Of a DNA stretch of 64,000 nucleotides, positions 32,237 to 47,482 are shown one piece after another (position 1 is the first letter of the stretch; each line of letters starts with the position of its first letter). Source of the DNA: the human T2T-CHM13v2.0 reference genome, Homo sapiens; the NCBI RefSeq assembly GCF_009914755.1, contig NC_060930.1; one strand, written 5' to 3'. The notes under the pieces are model-generated. The model saw only the letters and a list, made by a program, of their open reading frames with translations, made no database searches and was not told where the DNA came from. The position numbers were made by a program, and so were the translations under genes.

Positions 32237-34618
32237 GGCAGAACTCCAGCATATGAGCTAGGGATGAAGCAGAGGAAGAGGAGGTGTCCAGCATCAACAA
32301 ATGGTGAGCTAGTGACCCTGGAGCCCATAAACGTAGGACAATGACAAAGTCAGGTTTAGATTCAAATTGAAGACACCTATGTGATATCCAGCTGGAGTCA
32401 TGTGGGAGGAAGTTGGAAATCATTGAGCTTAAACTCTGAAGAGAAAGAGACAGAAATACTAGTTGTGTGTGCAGAGTTGATGAGGACATCATGATGGTGC
32501 AGATGCCTTCAGGGAAAGCATGTGCGGTAACAAACTCTAGGTCACTGCTTTTCCTTTTTACTCCAACAATGTGCACGTGTGCCAGTTTAATTCTGATTTC
32601 TTCTGATGCACGGCAAATGCCTCCCTTCAAAGCTCTCAAATTGTCACTAAAGAAGGGGACCTACCATGTAAATCAGCATCTGTTTTGATGATGCCTGTTA
32701 GAAGAAAGTACATTGCATTTCCTGAATGGGTGTGGTTTTACTCACAGCTATACAAAACCACACAGCTTCTCTGAAGGACTTAGACAATCATTAGCCTGTG
32801 ATAGCATCAGCAAGAGGAACGAGTTAGAACACATTTAACAAAAGGCATTTTGGGTGCTGCTTTACCGAACACTGGCTTAAGTACCTGAAGGGAACTACAC
32901 TCCTCTAAGCTGGAAAGCACTGCGAGAGCTTTCTAACGATGGTCTTTAGTGGGGGTACTGGACTGGCGCTTTTCCTATTTACATCTGTTCCAAAAGCAGT
33001 ACCTATGATTTAGGTGGCTGTTTGGAAATCATGTACCTCTCAAGGATGCCTCACGGTAAACGATACAAGTGACACAGTTTCTAACTAGACAAATGCTCTT
33101 TTAGAATCATTTTTTTCTGTTTTCCTACCATGGATGGTTACTTGCAAGGAAATAGTTTACATGGACCACTAAAGACCTCCAAAACAGAAATGCCAACATC
33201 TGGCATTTTGCTAAAATCCTGTACTCTATAATTTTTTAAAAATCTCGCCCCTCATTACTCCTCCACCTGACATCCTTTTAGACAAAGGCTCAAAGTCAAT
33301 TATGCAGACAATGGCACCTTTCTCTTCTGTAGCTGACAACCTGGCTCTTGCCTTCTGCAACCCAAAAACAGCCCTCGCTCCCATCAGATGGAAAGAACTA
33401 CGCAGAGGAAAATCTAGTAAGGTCTCCATGAAGCACATATTAAAAGCCTAATGTGCCCTTAACATGGCTTCAGCAAACTGGGCTTTTTTCCTTCACTTAG
33501 ATGAGAATTTGAGAAGAATCCACTCGGTAATACCTTTCTGCTCGCCAAACCTCCTTTAGTCAAAACTGAATAGAGACCTGGGAGAAGATACTTCTCCAAC
33601 ACTGGGCTTGAAGGTGCTTGCTTTTTCACACAAACTGAATTCAGGATTGCCACAACTTCTCCAAGCAAAACTGAACTAAGCAACAGCCAAATAAAAGAGA
33701 AAAAGTTGTCAAAAAAAATGTGTTAATGCATTTGGTAGTGGTTAGATTAACAGCTAATAAATGTCCTGATGGCCACGCTGGTTCCTTTCTAGGCTAGCTA
33801 AGCTTCTGTGAGTTCTTCTGTTTGGATTCCATCTACCAGGGCTGGAGCCACCAGCAAGGGCATTCAGGAGGTGCACCAGAAGCAGCAACGCCCTGCAAAT
33901 CTCTCCTGGATCATCCAAGACCAGGCATGCCCTTGCTGGAACAAGAGGCGGACGGAAGGAGAGGGCCAAGTGTCACCACTGCAGTCTGCTAACATTGGAT
34001 TCAAATCCTGAATCCACCACTGTGCACTGTAGGTGCTTTGATGTGCGTCCACTAGAGCTAAACTTGATCCTTTTCAGCAGCGGGACCGCTCTTCTGCCAC
34101 CAAAACTGACAACCTGCGAGGCCTAACAGCTGAAAGAAATACCACTCAGAATAAACTGCCAAGGGTAGCAGGTGTGGCTTTGGGAGCCAAGGATAAAGCT
34201 TCTAGTTTAGCACAGTCCGGTTCCTATCCTCAGATCTTTCTCCTAGCCTGCTGCTCCAGCCCAGCTCCTCATAGCTGATGTCCCCACTATCCCAATCTTA
34301 GTCAGGGGCTCCTGTCATTACCACCAACAGAGTTAGTGATTACAAAAGATAAAGAGACAAAAAAAGATTTCCAAAAGAGCCTCTGCCCTAGGGGAACACT
34401 TTACGTATTTGGAAGAAAGTGGGTTTCTAAAGGTTCAGAGAATATGCTGACCTCACATCCTGAAAAAGCTTGGCAACTGAAGAGGGAATGCAACCCTCAT
34501 GGCTTGATGTTGCTTAGGTCAACAAGCAAATATTTCCTGGACACCTACCATAGGCTCAGACCTGGACCCTTTGCTGTGGGAGAGGAGGCAAAGAGGAGGA
34601 TGCACAATTATTTTCAGA

Positions 34619-34794
34619 TAGTTATTCTCAAACCTCAGTGTGCAAAAGTTAACTAAGGTGAGTTTCCTGGGTTCTACATCCCCAGAACTTCTGATTCATA
34701 AGCCTGGTGTTGCTGAATCTGCAACTTTAATAAACATATCCAAGAGATTCGGAAGCAGGAGGTACTGGGATTAGACCACCCTTGGGAAACACTG
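34619..34794. mobile_element. MER5A (hAT)
   Basis: ttctcaaacctcagtgtgca ... ttctgattca ... gaccacccttgggaaacactg. Confidence 0.65.
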
Positions 34795-34942
34795 GTCTGT
34801 GATTTGATTCCTGCCTTGAAGCCATGTGCAACCCATGTGCAATTGTGCTGATGGCAAACACTCACAGAGTAATGCACAGCAGTACATTCTGTAAGAAGCA
34901 GGCCCTAAATGTGATAGAAGTTCATAAAGAGAGACTGCTCAG

Positions 34943-35245
34943 GGCCGGGCGCAGTGGCTTACACCTGTAATCTCAGCACTTTGGAAGGCCAAGGCAGATG
35001 GATCATGAGATCAAGAGATCAAGACCATCCTGGCCAACATGGTGAAACCCCATTTCTACTAAAAATAGAAAAATTAGCTGGGCACGGTGGCGCATGCCTG
35101 TAATCCCAGCTACTCAGGAGGCTGAGGCAAGAGAATTGCTTGAACCTGGGAGGCGAAGGTTGCAGTGAGCCAAGATTGCCACTGCACTCCAGCCTAGCAA
35201 CAGACCCAAGACTCTGCCTTAAAAAAAAAAAAAAAAAAAAAAAAA
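34943..35245 (+). mobile_element. AluSc-like
   Basis: Full dimer; TSD approximately agagagac(tgc/cag)tcag. Confidence 0.95.
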
Positions 35246-35880
35246 GAGAGAGAGAGAGAGACCAGTCAGTGAAGTCCTGAGGATTCAGGGAAGACTTTGT
35301 AAGTGACAGCCAGGATTTGTGGTGAGGCAGAACTTTGATAGAGATAGTCCCCAAGCAACTGTCTTAATCAAACCTCCCGATTCAGCATGACAAAGTGGCC
35401 ATGGCATACAGCATAAATGGAGAGGAAGATACAGGATAGAAAACCACCAGCAAACAGGTAAAGAGGGTTCCTATGTTGATTACAGGAAGGATACTGTCAC
35501 CAGGAGAATCACAAAACTAGCACTTCCAGATAACACTGTGTTTGCATTTGCTTTCTACCACATTCATGTGGTTTCCTGCACTTCATAATTTAATATTTGT
35601 AAGAGAAAAAAAAATGCTGTTATGAAACCCCAATAATGCATCACTTGAAGGCAGAAAGCCAGCTGCTAACAAGAGTGACATCTGAGCATCATTTCTGAAG
35701 CTCTGCTTCAGAAAGGGGATGTTTAGTAAGAAAGAACAATAATAAATGCTATTCAACGTAAAACAAAGTGTGGGGATCCACAGGGTTAACAGGCTGGCCG
35801 GTAACCAGTAACACAATGACGGCAAGCACAGAGAAGGAAAAAGTCAGATCCCCTAAAGAAAAACAAAGGACAGTATTTCA

Positions 35881-36977
<1,097 letters not shown>

Positions 36978-37381
36978 TTATTTAATTCATTGCACTAGAG
37001 GGAACTGAATTATAAATTTGCAGGAGACCTTGGAGATCAGTTAGGCACATACATCTTTAAAGGCAAGTCGTTCCAAGATGATGAGCAAGTTCTCCAAGGT
37101 GACCAAGATAGGTGGGGCAGACCTAGGCTTCAATTTGAGGACTCTGCTTCCAGGTAATATCATGAACGGGGTTGATAAAAAAAAAATTCCTGGAAGTCCA
37201 CATTATGTTGGTGTATGCTCTGGAATGGTTTTATCATTTATTTATAGTTTAGAGTGTTTGAATTCCAACCCCCAGACTAAGACTGTCATTCAAGGGCCCA
37301 TGTATACTTAAAAGTTACTCAGTAAATGTTTGCTGAACAGGACTTGGAAACCCCCATCATCTTTCACCTTGCCCATCACAA

Positions 37382-38044
<663 letters not shown>

Positions 38045-38454
38045 TATTTGATCACAAGACGCAAAAAACTTGCCATTAAATTGAATCTACTTCCTCTCGT
38101 GCGATTAATCCCTTATGTTTTCAGCTAAAATGGAGTATCTGGTAGATGTAGTTTATTTGCTGTTTGTGTGTTTAGTTGTTTGGGTTTGCTTTGTTTTTGC
38201 TTTTGTTCTTTTTTCTAACCACAAATACATTCTATTCAGATCATACTATTCTGCAAGTTTCAGAAACAAACACATAAAGTAAATGCGGTTGCTCTCTCAG
38301 TGCTCTGTCACTAGGACAACATTTTTTCAAATGTCCTGTTATTTAGGATGTAGAGAAATAGCAATACGCTTGAAGAAGAAGTTCTGGTACACCAGTGAAG
38401 TGATGCCCGATGACATTTAAAGCTAAAAGATGTCAAGTCTTTTGGATGACTTAC

Positions 38455-38481
38455 CAAAAACCATTTGTGTTTCAAGACCAT
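38455..38481 (-). promoter_or_regulatory. Two upstream AUGs (uORF starts) at the 3' end of the UTR exon
   Basis: ATG at 38481-38479 (ATG GTC TTG AAA CAC AAA TGG TTT TTG, open to the exon end) and ATG at 38464-38462 in a different frame. Both have G at +4. Confidence 0.7.
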
Positions 38482-38580
38482 CCGTGCAGGCTGAAATCCA
38501 CTCTTTCTCTCTTGTTCCTGGTCTGCAGCAGCACTAAGTTTGAAGCTTCAAAATAGACTCTTTCACTATGCTCCAGTATG
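38455..38580 (-). other. ATXN1: ATXN1 non-coding 5'-UTR exon (126 nt; exon 3 or 4 depending on isoform)
   Basis: Minus strand reads tttgttttgtttgactgcag|CATACTGGAGCATAGTGAAAGAG...GAAACACAAATGGTTTTTG|gtaagt. It has an AG acceptor, a GTAAGT donor and stops in all three frames, and matches my recollection of the ATXN1 mRNA 5'-UTR. Confidence 0.9.
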
Positions 38581-38614
38581 CTGCAGTCAAACAAAACAAA
38601 ATACCAAGTCAGAA
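38581..38614 (-). promoter_or_regulatory. 3' splice site with U-rich tract and branch point
   Basis: Minus strand TTCTGAC (branch A at 38609, about -29), followed by a U-rich tract and CTGCAG. Confidence 0.75.
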
Positions 38615-41400
38615 TGAAAATGCCACTTCAAGCAGTTAGTGGATATTCAGGGGGAAATCCCTGGCCTTTCTCAAATGTATATTTCATAACCTCAAACAAG
38701 CATGTTAATTATCAGGATGAAGCCATCTCACTGCTTATCTACATAAGGTGCCCTAAAATACTGGAGGTGGGGTGTGGGAAGGAAGAAAGAAAGAAAAAAA
38801 AAACAAGCATGACACTGGGGGAGGTAGCAGGTCTTGAAAATCAGAATGTACACCAGTGGGAATGCACTTGCAAAATTTCAAGTTTACCGATTGAAAGATG
38901 TGAATAAAGAAAAATTCAGTACGTCTAAGTGATTAAAGACTGATGTGCAGTATCAAGGGCAGAAAGTGAAGAAAGTTTGCTTCAAATGAAAGACTCAGAC
39001 TAATCAACTGATGTGAATACTTTTTAAATAAAGAGCTATTAAGATGGAACAAAAAAGATAAAGCATAAGAGAGAGAACATTTTCCATTTTGCCCTATAAG
39101 TAGGTAATGCATGGGTTTCCCTTGTGTGATTCTTGATAAATACTTTCTCCACCCAAGCTGAAAAGCAGTAGTTACTTTACACACTGAATATGAAATGAAT
39201 GTTTAAAATATGCATGCCTCTTTACCCCCACTCAGAGCAGCTGATAAAGCCTACACATTAGAACCTCGTCTGACAAGGTCACTCTGAAAAGTTCCTTTCT
39301 GCCTTGTGAGCTTTTAACGCTCACTTGTCACAGGCTGTTGTTAAAGCATCTTCTGATGCTTAGTCAAATCCACCCCACTGTTTGTTTTTTGACAATGGCC
39401 ATTTGAGAGCCTAGAAACAGTCTTCCAAAGGTGTCTGCCTCCTTTTTTAGCCTTTTATGAGCTCATCCTCATCTATGTTGAAAACCCATCGGCTGACTGT
39501 CATCCAGTTCCCTGAGTATGGTGGCCACATCATACTTGTAACCCTAAACTCCATAAATCTCCAAAGGTCCCACGGTGATCATCAAAGATTGGATCAAGTG
39601 ACCAAGTTGTAAGAAAGAGGATATGCTCGTATGCCTCAGAAGCTTACTGTGTGAATAACTAATTCCTTGAAAGCCTTCTGTAACTATTACTTTATGGAAT
39701 AGTCAACCTTTTTTTCGGGACGTTTGAGGAGTTGTGTCTATCTGTGGTTAAATTCCTGGGAACACTAAAAACTTTTGAGGAGGAGAAAGTGTCTCTCCGT
39801 TAATGTTTAAACATGTGAGTTGAGATAATGCCATTCAATTTTCCATCTAGCCGGAGGAACAACTGCCTGAAAATGGCAAAAGCCTTTTTTATTTTTTGGA
39901 TGCTATCAGTACCCACAGAAAATGGGGTTGTAAGGATTTTATTAGTTTTATGTAACTCAGCTCCCACTCAAATGTGTAAGGCAACATACTGATAGAAATC
40001 AACATAAGCCAGGAAGTTCAAAGCATGACAAACTGTCTTTACTTTACCGGCTTGGTAAAAACAGAATTTGGAGAGAGGAGGAGGATTTAAACAAGTTCAC
40101 TGCAAGTTACTGGCTTGTATCAATCTTTTCTTTTTTAACTAAAAATATCTTGCTGCATTTCTCTTATTTGTTACCAACTTCATATCTCGAGGTATTCTAT
40201 AATTGGAAGAGGTCCTTGACGTTTCATTCCAATGTCTTCTGCAAAGGAACCTGCTGACCCAGGGAGGTTGACATACCTCTTTTTAAAGTCATACAGAAAG
40301 TTAATATGTACTTTGACTGGATTCTGGGTTCAACCACTCATGCTCATTGACGCTTAATGGACATAAACTCATTTAATGAAATGTAATGCGGTTTTAGTTT
40401 GAAAAATTTACCAGTAGCATGATACTTCCTCATAGTACTCTCTTTCTGTTTTGTTTTTGCCATAAGAAAATAAATTCATTTCTGGATTATATTATTTTCA
40501 ACTATCTTGCAGCAAAATCGATCTGGGAGAGGCAGAATGGTCCCATTTGTTACTTTAACAACCTTCACCAGCTGCCAAAGCTAGGTGTCCAGAAAAGTAA
40601 GGTTTATACTATTCATACAGAAAAAAAAAATAAGGACTCATCTAAGTGACAATATTTTCCATTCTTACTTATATCTGTAGATGTGAAGGAGTTGGAAGTG
40701 ATTCATTCTGTGATTTATCGCTGACCTTCATTTGCACATACTACAACAGCTATGAGGCAACTCTTATCAAAAGAAAACAACTGAAAATTCTACACACTTC
40801 TTTTTAAGCAATAATTTCAATATGCTTCCCTCTTTCAGCAAACTCTTTATCAATACCGTTAATAATAATCAACAAAACAAACTGGCTTGGGTTTAATCTC
40901 TGTCACCTATCCCTTCTTGTTTACCATTTGAAGTTATCATAAGCAAAGATAAGGCCAAAAGCCCAAAAAGCAGAAGAGAAAGCACAGGGGCCTAGGGCAT
41001 TCACAGATATGCCTGCATATGTGAAAGTTGGCTATATTTTAAAAAGGATCTCACTCCAGAGGGTTTTCCAATTTGATAGACATTTTGGTGAAAATTTTCT
41101 GAACAGTTATAAGCAACAGCAGCAGCAGCAAAGTATGGGATATCAACAACCTATAAACAGTGACCTGGGAGTCATGAAATATACTTTTTAGTCTTAATGT
41201 TGTAGCTAATTGGACTTTTAAATGTAAGTCACGGCCTTTTAAATAAAATTAGTTCCTAATCTATCAAATAAAGGAACTTATTAAATGTTTGCCATAATTA
41301 ATTCTCAATTATAATTTGTTTTTACATGTATTTGAATGTTTCAAATCAAATAAAATCATAACAAACACAACTATCTTATATGATTTACTAGACCCACTAA

Positions 41401-41815
<415 letters not shown>

Positions 41816-42189
41816 CAGGAAAAGGGTATTGTAATCAATAAATAGTGCTGGGAAACCTGGCTCTTCGTTTCGAAAGAGATTGCTATCTTACACCATATGG
41901 AAAATAAATTCTAGATATATAACTAAACATATAAACATGTGTTTATACAAATATACATATATAGCATTTATTATACATATATATTATTTTACAAAATATA
42001 GAAAAATAATTTTATAAGCATGAAAGGCCTTGTAGGCCATTGTAAAGATACCGACTTTTAAGTAAAATGGGAAGACCAGAGATAATTTTTAATGCAGTAG
42101 TATCATGATCTGCCTTACATTTTAAGGGCTCATTTGGTCTGATTGTCAGGAATAGACCATAAGGGGATATAAATTAAAGCACAAGTTAC

Positions 42190-42713
42190 TGTTATAAGCA
42201 GCCTGCAGGATGGCTTCCAGTGATCCCACCTCTTGGAATTCATGCCCTTGTAAAGCCTTCTTGAGTGTGGACTGGATTTAGTGACTCAATTCTAGCAAAC
42301 AGACTGTGGCAAAGGTAATGGGAGATCATTTCCAAGACTGGGTTACATGAAGATGGTGGCTTCCATCTTGGGATCTTGCATCCTCTTCTGGGTTACTCAC
42401 CTGGGGGAGGCTGACTGCCAGGCTGTGATGCAGTCCTGTGGAAGGGCCCACATGGCATATCACTGAGGCCTGCTAGCATCTATGTGAGTGGATTTGGAAG
42501 CAGATCCCTACCGCCCCCACCCTATCCTTCAGATGAAACGTCAGCCCAGGTTAACAACTTGACTACAACCTCATGAAAGACTTGGAGCTAGAGACACCCA
42601 GCTATGATATGCAGTGATTCACACTTAGAAAAACTGAGAGATAATAAACACTTGTTGTTTTAAGCCACTAAGATTTGGAGTAATTACTTACACAGCAGTA
42701 GATAACTACTACA
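42190..42713 (+). mobile_element. MaLR solo LTR (MLT1F-like)
   Basis: TG...CA ends with 5-bp TSD gttac; tttaagccactaagatttggag end motif. Confidence 0.85.
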
Positions 42714-42719
42714 GTTACA

Positions 42720-42890
42720 ATGTATGAAACACTCTTCTGGGAACTTTACATGACTTTTTACAGTGGGAGAAACTGAGCCCCAAAGAAGTTAAATCACCTG
42801 TTCAACAGCACACATACATGGTAGAGGTGGGACTCAAACTCAGGCCATCTGACTCCAGAAACCAGGTTCTTAATCCCTGCATCACACTAC
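42720..42890 (-). mobile_element. MIR
   Basis: gagaaactgagccccaaagaagttaaatcacctg ... gactcaaactcaggccatctgactccaga. Confidence 0.7.
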
Positions 42891-42989
42891 CCCTTTAAGA
42901 ACCATTTTTCCTACTTTAGGTGTGCATGCCTGAAATTTGACTTTCCACTGTAGAATATGCTAAAATCACACAATTTGCACAAGCAATGA

Positions 42990-43312
<323 letters not shown>

Positions 43313-43627
43313 ATTCATCAGGCTTCTTAACCTGCCACATAGCTCTACAATTCTTGCATCTTTGATACCTTAACTATATCATAAGCTATATTCAGTTGTC
43401 AAAGAAAACAGAAAGGTAGCCTCTTGCTGTTTGAAGAGCAACCTCAGTATGGTTCTTCCATTTCAGTCTGGTTAATTTGCGTCATTTAACTATTAGAGAA
43501 TTTCCAGCACCATTTGCCAACGCTGTAATAAATAGTCCTATAAACTGAATGTCTTTTTGCAATTGTAAAGGGTTTTCCCTGAAACTACTCAGTGGTAAGG
43601 AAAAGAACAAGATACTGAATAAGATAG

Positions 43628-43947
<320 letters not shown>

Positions 43948-44321
43948 GGATTTTTTTTTAATATAGGAAAAAATCAATTTTCAGTTGGCAATAGAAAGTC
44001 ACTAAGGATTCAAACTGTACGAAGTGTTTCAGTAGGAACCGGCAAGACCAAAAAATTTTTTAAAAAGAACTTTTGAATTATATAAAATACAGTGACTATT
44101 GTCCCTATAATTATTATAACAAATTAAGATGTTTCTATTCTTTCTGTGGCATAGACATGTGAAATACAGAAGGAGAAAGAAATTCTCGCTGCACTCCTGC
44201 CTCAATACAAATTTAGAATGGCACTGTGCCGGGAAGAAACTGGTGCTGGGTGGTGCAAGTATCAGTCTCATGTCTTAGGAAGATGATGCTCATCACGCAG
44301 CAGCCAGGAGCATGTTTTTTA

Positions 44322-44326
44322 ATTTT

Positions 44327-44361
<35 letters not shown>

Positions 44362-44508
44362 GAGACAGGGTCTTGCTCTGTCACTTAGGCTGGAGTGTAG
44401 TGGTGTGATCATAGCTCACGGCAACCTCGAACTCCTCAACTCAAGCAGTCCTCCCAGCTCAGCCTCCCAAGTAGCTGGGATTACAGGTGTGACCCATCAT
44501 GTCCGGCC
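44322..44508 (-). mobile_element. FRAM/AluJ right monomer
   Basis: (TTTA)n tail; TSD ccagga(g/a)catgttttt. Confidence 0.85.
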
Positions 44509-45377
44509 AGGAACATGTTTTTGATCCATACTGATGGAATATTCTTTATTTTGGTCTGACTCTTAGGATTGTACCCACAACCAATGGAAACTAAAGCACT
44601 GGAAAGAAAGAATCATAAAAAGAAATACAACAAAACCCACTGCCATTTCTAAATCTTTCTGTTACCCAAAGTGACTGTGTTTTATTAAAGGCATGTGATG
44701 CATCACCGAAGGTATTTTTTGCCATTTAAAAATACCAAACAGTAGTAACAGCTCAACAGCTAGGCTGCTACCACTTAACCTGCAATTTGGACAATTTTGT
44801 GGGGATGAAATTACTTTGTCTTATGACACATGGAGCAGATGCTACTAATTAACACACAAAAATGTCTAAAACAGAGCTTTAAAAAAACATATGCATTTGG
44901 AAACAGAAGTAGAAACAGCTTCAAAGAGTATAAGCAAAATGGCATAATACAATGAATGAAGAGTATGTTTTTTTAAGAAAGTCAATCAGATTCGCAAGTG
45001 AATTTTATAGGCCTCTCTCTAAATAAAGTATGGATTTGAAGGAAAATGTCTTGCTTTTAATTTTTTTGTTAACGGAAAGAGGGCAGCCCATATCATATAC
45101 CAGCCGGTACGTTCCATAGGATGTTATATTCCATTGTGGAACATTATGTTGTGCCAAAATTAAAAGGAGGATAAAAAAAGGTTGGGATAATTTGTTTTTA
45201 AAGGTTGGGATAAATTTGGGAAAGACTTTGGAGGGTCTCATATGTTCATGTGTATTGTAAATCTATGAGGGGAGAAAGCACTCATCTAGGCCCAAAATAT
45301 ATTTTACCACAGAACACTTTTTCCAGAAGAAAGGTGAAACCAGTGGACACAGGGTGTAGACACTGACCAGACTAGGC

Positions 45378-46259
45378 CAGTGGTCCTCACACTTTTGGTC
45401 CTCACACTTAAAAGCTCCTTGGGTCCTCAATAAATTTTAAGAGTATAAAGTTTCCTCTATACTCCTAAAATTTATTGAGGACCCCAAGGAACTTTTCATT
45501 AGGTAGATCATATTTAACAACTATTATACCATATTAGAAGCAAAATTGAGAAAAATGTAAAATATTCATTAGTTCATTTAATAGAAATACTAATATACCC
45601 ATTGCATACTACATGAAATAACATCTTTATGAAAAAATAATTATATTTTTCAGAACAAAAAAGTTAGTGACAAGAGTGAGATCCATTTAGATTTTTGCAG
45701 CTCTCTTTAATGCCTGGCTTAATGGAAAATGGTTAAATTCTCTTCTGTGCCTCTGAATTCAGTTTTCTGTGATATGTTGTTTGGTTGAAGTATGTGGAGA
45801 AGATGTGGCCAATAGTTTCAGCAATTGTGGATATTCTTTTTTTATATCATACCAAAACTCAATAAGTGGTAGTTTCTTAAAGGGGAGCAGCACCATGGAA
45901 TCTGAAGCATAGAAATAAACTCTAAGTATTCTTTTATATTAAAATTCATTAGTCTATCTTGAACTTTGGATGGATCTTTAGCTATGCATGATTTTGTAAC
46001 ATCATACCCTGGTCATTTGGAAAATTATATTAGTTCAGTGAATTATGCAAATCTTCCAAAAGTTGACACATTTCATTACACAATATCATCACACATCATA
46101 TAGCCTCTGAAAAACTCCGCTGTACACATGGAAGAGAATGGGAATGGAATAGGTAAATAATGTCTTAGTATTACCATAAAAATAATCTTGATCTTACAGA
46201 TGTCCCTCCAGAAAAGGTCTTGGGTGGGGGTGGGGGGGTTCCCAAAGTGAGAACTGCTG
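45378..46259 (-). mobile_element. Charlie1-family hAT DNA transposon (internally deleted)
   Basis: Termini cagtggtcctcacactttt and tgagaactgctg; TSD approximately gactaggc / gaccaggc; Charlie1 motifs ctctttaatgcctggcttaat and aataatgtcttagtatt. Confidence 0.75.
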
Positions 46260-46519
46260 ACCAGGCAGACATTCTAAACCCCACAGATCCCTACTGGAAG
46301 TAAAAGCACAGAACTCTAGGTTTCCTTCTGGCCTCAATTTCCATAATTCCCACCATTTGTCCTCTTGGGGATCACTGAGTACAACCTAACAAAGACCATT
46401 AACCCATGTGGTCAAGAACATGAGATAAACCATGAGGGCACCAGAGGGAAGAGTTATCTGTGGGCGGAAAACTGTATTTACTTGGATTCTACTAGGCAAG
46501 AAACTGTGAGAAGTGTGCA

Positions 46520-47176
46520 TTTTTAATTTTGTTTTATTTTTATGGGTACATGATCGTTGTGCATATTTATTGGGTACATGTGATTTTTTGATACAAGCAC
46601 ACAATGTGTAATGGTCAAATCAAGGTATTTGGGATACCCATCACTTCATTTCTTTTTGTTAGGGACATTCCAAATTCATTCCTCTAGTTATTTTGAAATA
46701 TACAATAAGTTATTGTTAACTATTGTTGCCCTATTGTGCTACTGAACACTAGCTCTTATTCCTACTATCTAACTATATTTTTATAGCCACTAACCAACCT
46801 CTCTTTATTCCTCCCTCCTCACTACCCTTTCCATCCTCTGCTAACCATCATTCTACTCTCTGTCTCCATGACGTCATGTTTCTTAGCTCCCTCATATGAG
46901 TGAGAATATGTGATATTTGTCTTTCTGTGCCTGGCTTATTTTACTTAACATAACGTCTTCCAGTTCCAGCCATGTTGTTACAAATGACAGAATTTCATTC
47001 TTTTGTATGGCTGAATAATATTCCACTGTGTATATGTACCTTATTTTCTTTATCCATTCCTTCATTGATGGAGACTTAGATTGATTCCATATCTTGGCTA
47101 TAATGAATAGCTGCAACAAACATGGGAGTGCAGGTATCTCTTCAATATACTGATTTCCTTTCTTCTGGATATATAC
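46520..47176 (-). mobile_element. L1MA 3' end
   Basis: ORF2 C-terminal peptide (LFIIAKIWNQ...EYYSAIQKNEILSF) and L1MA 3'UTR. Confidence 0.85.
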
Positions 47177-47180
47177 ATGA

Positions 47181-47482
47181 CTTTTCTTTTCTTTCTTTCT
47201 TTTTTTTTGGAGTCTAGCTGTGTCACCAGGCTGGAGTGTAGTACTGTGATCTCAGCTCACTGCAACCTCTGACTCCCTGGTTCCAGTGATTCTCCTGCCT
47301 CAGCCTCCCGAGTAGCTGGGATTACTGGCACATGCCACCACACTCAGTTACTTTTTGCATTTATAGTAGAGACGGAGTTTCACCATGTTGGCCAGGATGG
47401 TCTTGCTCTCCTGACTTTGTGATCCGTTCGCCTCGGTCTCCCAAAGTGCTGGCATTACAGGTGTGAGCCACTGCACCCAGCC
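47181..47482 (-). mobile_element. AluSc-like
   Basis: Reverse dimer; TSD catgactttt. Confidence 0.95.

Noticed and set aside
41113-41131. Short CAA/CAG tract giving QQQQQQ in ORF 41009-41191
   Set aside because: Intronic, on the opposite strand to ATXN1 coding, and only about 6 units. It is not the SCA1 repeat.
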